Shown: positions 24,701-38,409 of the stretch, one piece after another
How positions within the stretch are numbered: the first letter of the stretch is position 1
How the letters are laid out: each line of letters starts with the position of its first letter
Source of the DNA: Podarcis muralis
Taxonomy: Eukaryota
DNA length: 64,000 bases
NCBI RefSeq assembly: GCF_964188315.1
Contig: NC_135664.1
Location: 7,502,001 to 7,566,000 of the forward strand
Direction of reading: 5' to 3'
The notes under the pieces: model-generated
The model's database searches: none
What the model was told of the DNA's origin: nothing
Seen by the model: the letters and a program-made list of their open reading frames with translations, nothing else
Made by a program: the position numbers and the translations under genes

Positions 24701-27700
24701 TGTGGTAATTAAATTTAAGCAAAAGATAAGGAAATTGAGATTACTACAGCCTTGTCCAGCAGCAACTACAGCGGTAGCACAAGTAGTGGTTTGCTCTTGC
24801 TAAAAGTCTCAGCTTTTGTTTACAGTATTTGCCTGCTTAGCTGCACAGGAAAAAAATATCTTAGCAACAGAAAAATCAACTTCTACCTCCCCGTGGTCTT
24901 TTCTTTCTTTCTTCGTTTCTGTATCTTATTGTGTTATTGCTTCTCTCACTTGCTTTTAAACTTGTACTTTCTGTAGAATGGCTAGGTGCATTTTAGAGCC
25001 GTCAACCACGTAAAGACCTTTGGGCCTGCATTCGTTAATTTGCCTTGTTCTTTTAGCAGGACAACAGCTTCTTCAAGCCTTCTAATATCTGAAGAACTTG
25101 AAGCCTGCCTTTCGGAACAAATCACGTGTTCCTCTCCTTCTGCTGCATATAAAAGAATACAGCTTACTCCAGCAGGAGAAAGGGGACAGTGGATTAATGG
25201 ACAGGACCTTGCACAACTCTTCCGAGTAGAGCTTGCCCAAGTTTCATCTTTGTATGCACCACATATGTACCAATGTAGGCATGAAGGCAGCCATCTTACC
25301 TGCATGTATAGCCATTTTTTTATTTTTATTTTTTATTTTTTGAGATATGGGTTTTCTGGTATATCAGACTTACACAATATAGTTTAATAATAAGTGTCAC
25401 GCCTGCCCCCCACCCACTCACGAAGGGGCACCTCACCAAAGTAGCAGCCAATATAGTGTTAGATGGCACCCAGCAAAACACAAGAACCCACCCCACACAA
25501 TTCACTTCAGTATGCCCACAGTTGAGCCATATACAACTGTATGCCCTCCCTACCATACTTTTCAGAGCAGGAAAATCCACATTAAATTGGGGGAGGGGTG
25601 AAGGCTGCCAGTTGGATGAGGGCATTTTGTTGACGATGCAAAAAAACATGCACACACGGGATGCAATGAAACCAATTTAAACTGCTGTGTGTACAGTTTT
25701 GACAGCCATTTGCCCAAGGTCACCAGTTGGGCTTGAAGAAGAGAGATTTGAACCTGGTATTCAAATCTAAAAGCTGCCACTGAAAAGAGCAACAAAACCT
25801 GAGGCTACTTTGGTTAATACACGGGCATCTAGAATGTAGCTTAAGGGCTGAAGAAATCCTCCTTTTACCAGAAATGAAATCCACATTGTTCTACTTTCAA
25901 GTCTGCTAAGACAGCTGTAATAGAGAAGATGAAAGAGGGAGATGTCCTTCTGCGCTTTCAATGGGACAGGGCGAAATTAAACAAGTGTAGCTTTGCAACC
26001 ACACTGATTGAGGTGAAAAGGCAATGTGCACCTCTTATGTTTCTTCTACCTCCAGCCATTAGGGTGAGGGGGAAATTGCAGCCCTTTAGAAAAAGGGGGG
26101 GGGCAGATGCTTTTGTACGGCTGCAAACACTACATTGGCAAATTTTCCTCATCACGGTTTCCCTTCCAGTGAAGTTGTGTGAGTGGCACAGCAAGAGAAG
26201 GGTAAGAAGCTGTGACAGGAGGCTGCCCGTCACTCAGCCTATGTACTGAAAAGGCTCCAAAGATGTAACAGGAAGCACAGCAATCTTGAAACTAGGCTGC
26301 CACCTAATTGTTTCCTGATGGCGGGAGGGGGAGAACATCTCTCAAAAGGAAATTCCCTCCTCAACCCCTGCTGCTAACATTCCTCTATGCCAAACAAGAT
26401 TTCCATCTCTATGAACCCAGTATCAGTTTCAGCAAAGCCAACAAAGGAGTCTCAATCACACCACCACGGCCCCCCATTTCTGTAATGAAACTCCAGTTCT
26501 AAAGCAGATACAGGGGCTTCCTGTTTGTTCCCAGACCCAATTCAAGGTGCTCGTCTTTTTGTGTAAAGCCCTAAACAACTCATGTCTTCTTAGTCCTCCT
26601 GGTAGTACCACCACCTTCACAGAAGGGAGAAGTAAAAACACACACACATTTAAATAGGATACATGTCCATGCTCCCAAATGCCAATTATGGATGGAAATA
26701 AAGCAAAGACATAAATATAGCTAGTTACAAAAATATTACCAAATATATTCTAGGACAACCATACACATGCTTCCTAGAGCAGCCGCCATGGTGGTGGGAG
26801 CAGCATGAAGGGAGGATGGACAAGGGGAGAAAGTCATTCCCCTCTCACCTGCCCTTGGAGAGGGGCAGGAATGCAACCTCCACACAAATTGGGGGTTGCC
26901 TGTACACCAAGATATTGTTCCATCAGTATTCATGGTGCTTTAACACATAAAGGGGGAAATGTTCCTGCCCAAGGCCCTTGCAATCTCAAATTTAATCTTT
27001 TTTTTGGGGAGGAGGCAGAGGAGAGGAAGGACGTAGAGGCAGGGCAAGAGCAATTGTTAGTTCCATGTGCTTAGGCTTGACTGCAATAGGGCAGGGGAAC
27101 TGGGCTGTTGAATCAAAGGCTTTGTGGAAAAGATAGGCTTTGAAAGTAGCAAGGGAGATGGAATCGTACAGGTATTCCAGAAGGCAGTGCCAAGCTCACA
27201 GGGAAGAGAACTCTTCCAACCAGGTGTAAACGTTTGTCACAAGAATGTCCAGAAGGAAAACACAAGTAGGGACAAAACAAGCAAGTCATTTAGTGTTCTC
27301 CACTTGGGGGCATTTCTACAAGTTGGAACTAGTGGATGATATGGGAGAGGCTCATGTTTTCTTCACACTTTGTAATGGCAGGGCCTATTCACCATACACA
27401 CCCTGCAACTGCAGGCAATTCAAACTTAGGTTGATGTAGCAAAATGAATCTGTTGAAATCTTGCATTTTTGCACACTGATTAAGGTGGTGCAGAACATAA
27501 GTACACTGTTTATTTACAGTGGTTCACATAAGCAGGCCAGCTACTGATTCCCCCCCCCCCCCATGCAATCTCTAACATACAGTGGTGCAGTTAGGTAATT
27601 TTAGATTCTGAAATTAAACATTGTTAAGGAGTGAGTTCAACTTTTCTCCACTATCTATCCTTGAAAGCCCATTGTTCTTGGGAGTAGAACTCCAATTTTG

Positions 27701-27731
27701 TTCCATTCCACCTTATCTCCACCATAAATAT

Positions 27732-27880
27732 AAAGGTAAAGGTACCCCTGACTGTTAGGTCCAGGCACGGACGACTCTGGGGTTGTGGCGCTCATCTCGC
27801 TCTATAGGCCGAGGGAGCCGGCATTTGTCTGCACACAGCTTCCAGGTCATGTGGCCAGCATGACTAAGCTGCTTCTGGTG
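27732..27880 (-). mobile_element. Sauria SINE 3' fragment
   Basis: AAAGGTAAAGGTACCCCTGAC... is the reverse complement of the SINE tail and body seen at 5880-6024. Confidence 0.85.
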
Positions 27881-28053
27881 ATCTCAGCAACTCTTCCCAC
27901 TAGGTCTTGCTCCAATGAGGCAGTTGCAAGGACTGAAGGTCCCTGCCTTCCCAACGTGCTCTAAGGCTCCTTCTCTCCAGGGTTTTTCCCAAACTGCATC
28001 TGCACACAACCAATCTCTGCTCTGCTCTTTTCATTTCTCCCTGTGTTCTAGGA

Positions 28054-28189
28054 CAGTGTTCCCCAACCTTGGGCCTCCAGCTGTTTTTGGACTACAACTC
28101 CCATCATCCCTCGCTAGCAAGACCAGTGGTCAAGGATGATGGGAATTGTAGTCCAAAAACAGCTGGAGGCCCAAGGTTGGGGAACACTG
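28054..28189. mobile_element. Young palindromic hAT-type MITE (136 bp)
   Basis: 56-bp inverted arms with one mismatch. Perfect 8-bp TSD TTCTAGGA at 28046-28053 and 28190-28197. Confidence 0.9.
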
Positions 28190-29119
28190 TTCTAGGAGAC
28201 GGGGGGGGGGGGGGACGGGGACTGGTCGCAGAAGGGGGACACTCCCTGGATTCTTCAGCAGCGTGTCTCAACTGTCTCTTGGTCAACCTCCTCTCCATAC
28301 TCTGCATCTGAACTGCTCTCTGCCGCAGCCTCTTCCTTCTCACTAAACCCTGTTGCCTATTTTGGTTCCAACACCTCCTCCTCCCCCCAGTCTGCTCCCT
28401 CTGACCACTCATTGTCATTGTCCCACCACCGCACCCCTAGCTCTTGAGCCTTCTCCCTTTGCTGGTTCCCCAGCTGGAGCCTCACACGATTCCTCTCTAA
28501 AAACTCCCCACGCTGCACCCCTCACTGGCAGATTCACGCCTTCTTCCAGTCTAGCTGGAATGGGTCCTTGAACTCTGATAATGCCTTTTGTTTACCTGGA
28601 GAGAAGGGTGTGGAGAGAGGGGTGTGGAAACTAGCCTGCCTACCGTACAAAGGTAAAATTTGTATTTGCTGCTCTGTGCACATTTGCCTCTAGCTCCACC
28701 CACCACACTGGAATGTGACTCTTGGAAAGTTGCCCAGAAGGGAATGTAGCCTTTAGGCTTAAAGCGTTTCCCCATCTCTGTTCTAGATCTCTAGAGTAGG
28801 GCCATCTATCAATAGCTAAAGCACCTTTTTGGCTGCAAGGAGCAGCACTCTAGGGGCTGAGAAATTCCTGTGGGCTTTCACGGAACGGATTAGGCAACTC
28901 GTATAAGGGAGGCATAAGCAAACACTTCCTTACCTAACAAACACTGCATAAAAATGTTGAACAATTACATTGGACTATATTTCTAATGCTTACAGATTAT
29001 GGGTTCCTACCACTTCTGGATCCCCCCCCCCCCCGCATTACACCACATGAACTATTAAGTTGTATTTTCCCCCTTAACTTTTGTTTTAAAATGTTTTTTG
29101 TTTCAACGAAACAGAAAGC

Positions 29120-29315
29120 CTAGGACACACAAAGGAGGGTTCAAGGTAACATACGGGGCTCCCCCCCCCCATTTTATCTTAACCACCACGAGAGACAGGT
29201 AAGAACAATAACTGGGCCAAGGTCACCCAGTGAGCTTCATGACCATCCAGACCTATGCTGTCGCCTCACAGATTCCTAGTCTGACACACTAAGCATTATA
29301 CCAAACTGGCTTTCA
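29120..29315 (-). mobile_element. Old tRNA-derived CORE/MIR-like squamate SINE
   Basis: CCAAGGTCACCCAGTGAGCTTCATG is the reverse complement of the CATGAAGCTTACTGGGTGACCTTGG core at 45209-45233. Confidence 0.6.
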
Positions 29316-32300
29316 CTAGAAGTGAGGTAGTCCCCAAAGCCTATCCTGTCCTCACAAGGGTATTCAGATTGCTACTCCAAAAGAGGTTTCCAGAAACAGG
29401 AAGTTCAAGTTCCCTAACTGATGCCTTCCCAGTTTAGTCATGGGAGCTCTTTCAGGAAAGAGTTGTAGCCTTCAATATGTTGCTGGATGGCAAGTTTTCC
29501 AAGCCTGCTTTTAAGTCTTTTAGACACCACACGCTTTCACTTTTGCTGCGAGCCCTTGGAGATTAAGTGTGTGAATGCAAATGATATGGTGCCATAGATA
29601 TCCCTACTTTTTCCCAAGTTCAATTTGAAGGTTTCAGTCTTGCATTATGTAGTGGCTGCACTAGTCTATGATAAACAGCATTTCCTTACCATTATAAATA
29701 TTTAAAAGTGGCTGTATTGGATCACAACCATCGCCAGGTATCCTCAAGTCCAAATAATTTGGTATTTGGTACTTTTAACAAGAGGACAGGTCCATTCTTT
29801 AAACAGATAGCAGTACAGTAGTTGTGTTCATGTTTAAGACCAGAATTCTGGCAGTAAGCACTAATGCTAGGTTCCTAACATTATTGCTTACATTTTCCCC
29901 CTCTCAAAATAAGTTGAACTGGAGCCACAAAATGTTTTGAAGGCCATAATTCAAATACATACATCCAGCATGACCCAGCTTTATCAATTGCTCCCAGCTG
30001 CAATCTACTAAACAGTTAGGAATAAACCACAATTTATTGTTTGTGGTTTGAAATGTTAGTTTGTTGGTAGATTGCCATTCAATTTACTTTACAATCGGAG
30101 AAGCTGTCTTACAGTGCAACCTTATACGTATCAACCCAGCCCAATCAAGCTGAATGGCACTTGCTCCCAAGTTAAGAGTACAGAATTGCAGTCTTACTTG
30201 ATTTCATTCTCTTGAAGTAATTCAGGATTGCACTAGCTGGGATACAAGTGATTGAAGTTCAGAGGCTTTGCAAGATGCTGAGAACACCCTCGTGCACTTA
30301 TGTGATTTCCTTTTCAAACAAGCAGCTTGGGAGCTGTTCAATGCTCTTGTCCACCATCACCAAGGATGCCTCGCAATCCAGGTTTGTCACAGTTCTGGAT
30401 GTCAACCTCACTTTGGAAAGGTGATGCACCGTTATTTGTTCCCCAAAAATTTCAGACTTATGTGCACATCTAATGACGTAAAAAACAGTGTCTCAGATTA
30501 TAAAGTTAACAGGCTATAGTTACTGGCATTGTTTTAGCAACTCCTAAAACCCTGACGTGCAAGCAGCGAGGCCTATAAATGCTTCCAAAGTCGTCTCCTC
30601 ATCCCTTGTGTTGTCAAGTGGGCCTTACATTTTCCCCTAGCCTTAATAACACTGATAGAAGTAGCAACATGAAAATTGCTTTTAAACACAAGATAAGCTT
30701 AAGACAAGCTTAAGTTAAATAATCCTCCAGTACCAAAAACCTACATCTAACCAAACCTCAGACTCCAATGCTTTTAGAATCCCATTGCCCAAATTTGCAT
30801 TTTTTTCTCATGTCTTTTTTTTGGGGGGGGGGGGCTTGTTTACATTCTATGGTCTTCCCTGTCAGGGGGGCTCAAACTTGCTTACCGCAGCAAATCTCAG
30901 CCTCTATTAAAGGTGATGTTTCCAAGGCTTCCTCACAGTCATGGAGATGCAGAGAGTTTTCTCATTCTTTCCTCAGCTCCCAAATTAGGCAGGAGCCTCA
31001 AGGTTTTTTTGGCCCTATCCTGTCTCTGCACCTGCCTCAAAGGGGGGAGGCAGGCAGGCATTCAGGGCACCTGGCAAATACAAAGGAAAGTTAATATTCT
31101 TCTCACCATCACCTCTGAGCTTGAGGGCGAAGGTGAAGCAAAAGCTTCTCTGCATTTGCTTGATGCTCCAAGTAGCCACCAAACAGAAGCAAAGCTACCC
31201 TTCACTCTTAATCTGCTCCAAGATGGGATTGAAGAAGGGGACAAGGGCTTCTTCTTGCACTGCATGGAATGCCCCACTTTTGAAGCTGCAATAAAGATTA
31301 TACACAGTAAAAAACGGCAAGACATCACAACAGGAACACAACCAGCAGGGAAGAGTTAGCAGAGACCACTAATCCTCAAAAGTATTTTCAACTGGTATGT
31401 AAACATCTTACAAGTATGGCAAATTACCCTGGGGAGGGCATTCCAAAACTAGGACAGGGCTACCGAGAAATCAATTTCATAGTCACCCACCTAACCTCTG
31501 TAGGTAAAGGCACACGAAGAGCCTCTCCGAAGCCTTCCTAAAGAAACTTGTCCATCTTATAAGGATCACAGTGCCAACAGGATATTCACATCTGCAGAAT
31601 AGATTTTCCTGAAAATTCTCCAACACAACATCCAATCTGCTGCCACAATATCTGCATTTTTTTCAGTAGGAAGATGTGGTCTATTTCTATTCCAAAACCA
31701 TATTCTATGTTCTAAGGTCAGTACTTCACTACATTTGCTTGCCTGGCCATATTTGTTTTCAGTATATTCCTTCCAAACACAGTTCAGTACAAATACAAAA
31801 ATGTCTTGTCCAAATCAAATGCACTTTTTTTTGAAGCTGTGGTAAACATACAGGCAGCCCAAGTGAACTGTGCTGAGAGGAAGCCACCAGGTGGTTTCTC
31901 AATTCAGCTAAATATACCCACATCTTTTAAGGAAGGCGTATCTGAAGAGAGAAAACCAGCTTGAACCTTCTTTCACTCAAAATAGTCAGAAGACAGAATT
32001 TGAATACCTAGGGGTTGTTGTTTTTTATACTTTCTATATAAGCTGTGACATTCTAGGGTTTAGCTCTAACTCAATGGTGGCTAACCTGTAGCCCTCCAGA
32101 AAGTAACAACTCCCATCATTGGCCATGCTGGCTGGAGATTATGTTTTTGGGAGTCCAACAACATATGGGGAGCCACACGTTCCCCACCCACCGTTCTAAA
32201 TGTTTGGCTCAAATGCCAATTTCACTTGACTGCCTTTACTTGGAAACAAATAAATTTATACTGGCTTTATTTCAAGTGTTCACGATGAACAACAAGGTGA

Positions 32301-35300
32301 AGTATGAACAATTTTTGTGGTCCGAGTAACAATTATACTATTCTCTTACCGTCTTTTTACTGCAAACTATGTTACTCACCACCACCAAATTTCCTGTTAC
32401 ATTCACCCACACACAGAAAAGTTGAGCAAACTTATAGCAGTTTTGACAAAATAGGCAGTACATCTTGTTTTTGGAAATTCACAATGTCCTTCGCAAGAGA
32501 AAATTCAATAGTTCTCCTGGGTTCACTGCATGGAAAGAACTCATTTGCATTAATTACACACTATGCGCCATTCATGGCATGGAAGGAATTGTGCCCACTC
32601 AGGGGCACACTGCTGGCCCTTATTGTTGGAACACCAACTTCAGAAAGGTGTTTCCCAAACTATAGCTTCCGCTTTTTGAGTAACTGATTATCCAAATCAG
32701 ATTGCTTCCTTGCAAGGACAGACACAACTATTTGGAAAAGCATCTTGCAATACCTTTGAAGTACTGCCTGTGGAGGTGAATGCTTAGGAGTAACTTGCAA
32801 ATGTGACATGAATTATTTTGGATGCACTGCAGCATGCTGGATTGTGAAGCACTTCTCTTGCACTTAATTTAGTAACTCTTTCCCCAGAGCATTAGAAAAC
32901 CAATCAGATGTCTAAAAATTTCATGAACTAGAGATTTGTCCCAAGGCCGCCTTGCGTTGCTCTTGGACACAGATCACACTCAGAGTATGAACAAATCGCC
33001 ATATCTTTTTGGAAGTCACTTTGTCACTGTGCCGTTTCTCTCCAAAAACCTTGTAGGGAAGCCCAGAGAAGCAACTCAACTTCTCCCTGCTATTTCACCT
33101 ATAATTACCAGCTCTCAAAATATACTGGTATATTACTTTTTCTGAATATGGGCATTTTTGCATAATGGCTAAAGGTTCACCAAGATACTCGCCTATCTTG
33201 TGGAAATTGAACACCTTGCCTTGATGATCTGGGTGTCCTTGGTTATGGGCTAAGATAAATGGCAATGAAACAGGATGACCGAAGCACATAAACCAATGGT
33301 GGTAGTAACACCCTGTGGCTGAAGTCAAGTCCATTACGCAGTTTATCCAAATCTGGATGTTTCCCCCACCCATCAGACACTTCTCAGTCAGGATGTAACT
33401 TCAAGAGTTCCACTTCACCAAATGGGCTTTTTCAGTATGAACGTTCAGATGAGCTGTGTCTGTCAGTCTCCACAAAAGCAGTTGTGTATCTTAGAATCAG
33501 AATCTTGAGTGAACTGGTTTTGTTCTTGGCTGATGTTTTTGGGTTGTACCTGATGATTCTGTCACACAAACTAAGAGTATTCCTTTGATATCTGGCAGAG
33601 TTCAAGACTTCTCTGTCTGAAATACTAATCATTTTTGGACTTACTGAAATTCCTCAAGGGTTTCTACTCTTCGTGTAACACTTAAAATAATCAATTCTTA
33701 TTCAGCTGTACTTCTCCGCTGTACTTGAATTGCTGCCTCTACAAATAAATAATACCATCATTAGCACCTGGTACAAAACACAGTATTTATGGGAATATGG
33801 TGCTTTTAGTTAAACACCTGCCACTTTTCAGTACAGTGGCTCCTCCTCCCCAAGCTGGGTATATTGGGATTTTCCATGTGGTTTATTACAGCTATCAAAG
33901 GAGCAGATCCTATCATTTTGGCTTACTAACTTCACTCAACTGGTGGGCAAATTTCAAGATCATGATTGTGCTGATGATGACTATCAAATTTCATGCCAGG
34001 TATTACTGTATTTCTGTTGTGTTCACCAAGTCCACAAACAAGCTGAAGTAGTTTTGGTCACCAAGCTAGCAATGAAGGAGAATAGGTTTATCTAATTATC
34101 TGGCTTTGGGATTCATAAACAGTTGAAACTGCCAATAATACCACCTACAACAGACCAATCCAAGTCAAACATGTTGGGGGGGCACAGTGGGCCTGTAACA
34201 AACAAAGTTAAAAGCAAAAGGTTATAAAATGGTTAGTAATCAAATGGGGGGAGGGTGAAATAAAATCTGGTAAATTTTATTTACCAAAAAAATCTGGTAA
34301 ATTTGGTCCTGAACTATTCTGACAATTGGTATGAATGGTGTCAGAAGAGTTCATTACCAAATTTACCAGTTTCTTCTTTTATTTCACTCTCCCCTCAATC
34401 ATCCCAGTGTGAAGCAAATTTTGTAAGGAGGAAATGCCATGCAAGCCACTGTTTGTCTAACACTTGAAGGGAAGCTGGGTTTGACACTGTCAAGGTTGCA
34501 TCTTCCTGAAACATTAGTCTTCAAATAGATCTACTACAATTTTAAAATCTACCAAAAAAAACCCATGTTAAACGTTACTTCCTACAGTGTTTTAAAACTT
34601 GTTTTCTGTTCGATACCGTGGAAAAACAAACAGGACACTTTTTAAGAATTCCCCATTATTGTATGCTATTTGAAAAATTCCCTTCAGAGCTGTAACTAAA
34701 GCAGATAACTTTAGCGACAAAATAAAGTTATGTAAGCAACTGGGCTTCACCCTCAGCTATAGCTTATATATTTTAGATTAATATCCCCAAATAGTCCTAA
34801 CACTGGGGGCAGGGGAAAACAAATGTTCTGGCGCCTGTATTTTAAAAGTTACCACTGTAAAACCAAAACAATCCAAGATCCACCTATTGATGGTTAGGAT
34901 TAATAATGCAGTTTAGCAACAAGTACATGCAGCACAACCTAATAATATTTAGGACTAGAAGAATGTAGGTTCTTCTTTTTTTAAGAGCATGCAAGTTCCA
35001 AGGGTATTTCCAGCCCTTGCTAATGATTAGTTAGCAGCATTAAAAAAAAGTCAGGCTACATCCAGATATGGTCAAATATGTCCAGTCTGACGGGTTAGGA
35101 ATGTGCCCTGTCACTTTAGGTTGCACCAAGTCATGTGTTTTCTTCAAAAAGAGTGTAGCTAAGAAGGTCTATCCTGTTACATTTAGCCTCTCCTTCACCA
35201 CCGTCATCCATGGAACCTAAAATGGAGATCAGAAATCTCCCTGCAAGGGGAGGGATACCAGGATCTTCATTAGTTTCACAGAAAGGCAGCTGCACTACAC

Positions 35301-35520
35301 TAAAACCACCATGCTATCATCGATGACCAACTTCCTCCTTGCATCCCCAACACGGACGACGTGGAGTGTGTCATATTTTCCCTTGCAAGGCGCGGGTGGG
35401 TGTCTGGAAATCCGGAAAACACTGAAGGATGGAGTCACTCTGCGCCACCACCAGCTGGCAAGGAGAGAGAGGCCTTAATGCGGGTCGCACAAGCCGGTTA
35501 GCAAAGTGGATCCCCACCCG

Positions 35521-35586
35521 TGGGCAGGATTCCTAACTGCAGGGGGGTCGGACTAGAGGACCCTCGCGACCCCTTCCAACTCTACC
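35521..35586 (+). mobile_element. CR1 LINE extreme 3' end remnant
   Basis: GGACTAGA.GACCCTCG..ACCCCTTCCAACTCTA matches the recalled CR1 3' terminal motif. Confidence 0.55.
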
Positions 35587-35796
35587 TCGTTTTACAGAAC
35601 CACAGAACTGCAAACTGAGCCGAGCTACGCGAGCCCACCCTCCCTCGCCAAAAAAAAAGAGATTAGTGTTTTACTCCGGAATCCCAACAGTTCCTCTGCA
35701 TTCTCAGTCCCGGGAACGCAACGGGCTCGCGGTTCGCGTCCCTCCAGTGGCGTAGCGTGGGGGGTGCAGGGGGGGCCGGCCGCAACATCTGGGGGT

Positions 35797-35854
35797 TAGG
35801 GGGCGCAAATCCACGGGATAGGGGGCGCAAATCCACAGGTTAGGGGGCGCAAAT
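35797..35854. repeat. 22-bp minisatellite, ~2.6 copies (TAGGGGGCGCAAATCCACRGGW)
   Basis: Units start at 35797, 35819 and 35841. Confidence 0.9.
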
Positions 35855-38409
35855 TACTTGCCTTGCCCCGGGTGCTGACAACCCACGCTACGCCACTGCG
35901 TCCCTCCCCCCGCCTTTAAGCCGCCGCGGGCGTCACGCGCTCCGCCTCCCCCCCCCCCCGCGCGTGGAAAAAAAGGGAGCGAGAACTTTTCCTGGCAGAA
36001 GCGGCGGCTGTGGGGGGAGGGGAGGTCCCTGTCAAAACAGTCGACGCCCTTCGAGGGAGGAAGAAAAGACGCTTCGCTGAACAGCTGCTCCACGCGGGCG
36101 GGCGGGGGGAGGGGCGTGTATGTGAAAAGAGGAAGGCAACCGCCGCGACCGCACGGAAAGGGACTCCCCCCCCCCAACATCCCTGTCAGGCCGAAGAGCC
36201 ACGGACGCCGCCGCCGCCTCCTCCTCCTCAGCCAGCTTGGTCCTCCGCCAAGCCCCACACAAGAATGCAACGCGGTCACATGACCTCCGGCGGACGTGCG
36301 GCTCCCTTCCCTCTCCAGGGACACCTCGCGCCATCTTGGACTGACGCAGTTACAGCTGCCGACGAGACGCCGCCGAGCAGCGGACCTTCCTCCGAGCCCC
36401 GCCGCTGCCGCCGCCGCCACCGCGGCTCGGTCGAGGGGAGGGCGGGCGGGCGCGCCCCGCTGCCCTTCCGCCCCCTCGGCCCCGCCGTCCCTAGCGCCTC
36501 TCCGGAGAAGCCTCTGCCCCCTCTCCTCACCCACCGCGGCCGGTATCATGGCGCCCGTTTTCTCCCTTTGCACCAGCCACCCCCGACAGCTCCCCGAGCC
36601 CTGCCCAGCAGCTGCGTCTGCCCCTGCTGCAGGATGATGTCAGCGCCGGCCAATCGGAGCGCGCCTCCGCGGCCCGTCCGCAGAGCTGATTGGCTGCGCG
36701 GCGGCCGCCGCTCCCCCCGCCTCCTCCTAACTCAGTACGCACTCCGCGGTTCGCTGCGGAGAAACGGCCAAAGACAGGGAGGGGGAGGGGAGGGAAGAAG
36801 GGCAGAGGGAGGAGGAGGAGGGAGGAGAACAACAAGCTCGCGGCGCGACCATCACCAACCGCCCCGAGACGGCAGTCGCCATTTCGTATTGCAACAGGCG
36901 GAACCCCCAAGCGAGCAGCCCCACCACGCGTCCTAGAAAGGGAGAGAGAGAGAGAAATAGATACACATCGGGATTAGACAAGGGGGGGGGTGATAATAAT
37001 AATAATAAAAACAATAAGCACATCCACCATGGTCACAAGACATTTAATCGCCCTCCCTTTCTCACCCCTCTGCATAGCCTGTGCCCCATGGCAGCCGCCT
37101 TCTGCGGGGTCCAGTCGGGCAGCCAGACAAGTGCCATTCCCACCTCAGCTGCTTCTTCCTCCTCCTACCGGGAGCGAGCTCCTCTTATCTAAGCCTGTTC
37201 CTAACTCCCTCCTCCTGCCACTCGATGGTCTCGGCTCCATCAAGGCAGGGCAGGAGCTGCCAGCCCGGCTTTTATCTGGTGCCCCGAGCTTGCGCACTGA
37301 AGGAGGCTCACTCAGCCCCTGGTGGGCGTCGAGCGAAAACCCCAGCCTGCCTGCCTGCCTTCCCCTCCCTCGCTCGGCTCCCGAGCAGGCGGGCCGGGAA
37401 GCGGGCTCCGTGCGCAGGCAGGAGTCGAAGCCGGCGGGTGGCGGGGGGGAAGGAAGGCGCTCGGCACTAACGGGGAGGCCGCCATAACTGGTTGCCGCGA
37501 GCAAAATGACGGGGACGAGCTGCCCTCTGAGGCGGGACTCTTCTCTCGGTGACAGGTGTCCCGAGATTTCCAGAGAAGGGCCATTTCCTCCGCTGCAGGA
37601 ATCGTTTTGAGGAAGCGGATCCGACCCTTCGCTCGCACCTGTCCGAGGGTGAAAAGGAGAAAAAGAATCCCTCCGATGAAAGGCTCGCCAGGAGTCGCAG
37701 CTGCCCGAGACGAGCCTCTCCGCGGCCGCCGAGCTGCAACCCTGAAGCCTTGGCCTGGAAAACAAGCGCAGTCGAGCGCGGCTTCCTCCCGGGGCGAACG
37801 TACCTGGCCGCCCAAACGCTAAAGGGACACGTTTCTGCCAGCTGCTGAAAAGGACTAGTTTTCACGTCTGAAGTCCAATGTGTGCACAAACCCAGAGCCA
37901 TGCCAGTGGTCCCGAGACGACACTTTGCACGTTGCACACCACTAAACCAGTTTGTTTTGTAGATCCTGAACTCTTAAAACATACATAGACGGTCGGGGCT
38001 GCGACCCGTCAGCCTTCCTGAGGCAATCCTTAAGGCCGTCGCTTGCTTCGGGCAACTTCCTCCTTTCCCTCACCGCCTGTCACAGCTGAAAGCCTTGCCT
38101 GGCCGCCCTGAATACGAACCCAAACGGCTCCCCCTGCCCTCGTCCCACCCGGCGCTTCCCCGACCCTCCTTTCCTCCCATTCGCGCTCCCGTCGCCTCGC
38201 TTTATTAAGGAAACACAGGCACGCCTTGCAAACATGGACCCGGCGGCGGGCGAGCGAGGGTGGGTGTCGGGCGGGGGGCGTCTGGCGCTGCCGGGCACCA
38301 ACGGAACTCCAGCCCACAAGCAAAATGGCGGCTGTTTGGCTTCGCCCTGGTAACCCTGCCCCTGCCAGGCGGGACGGGTGAACCCCGTGCAGCGGGAGGA
38401 AGGGGGGGG

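Noticed and set aside
25086-31960. Other TATCTGAAGA words (~25086 and ~31940) as hammerheads
   Set aside because: No stem II or correctly placed GAAA/UH follows them.
38325-38381. Strong-Kozak short ORF MAAVWLRPGNPAPARRDG*
   Set aside because: The ATG is the core of a YY1 motif and probably lies upstream of the TSS. It cannot be assigned as a uORF without TSS data.
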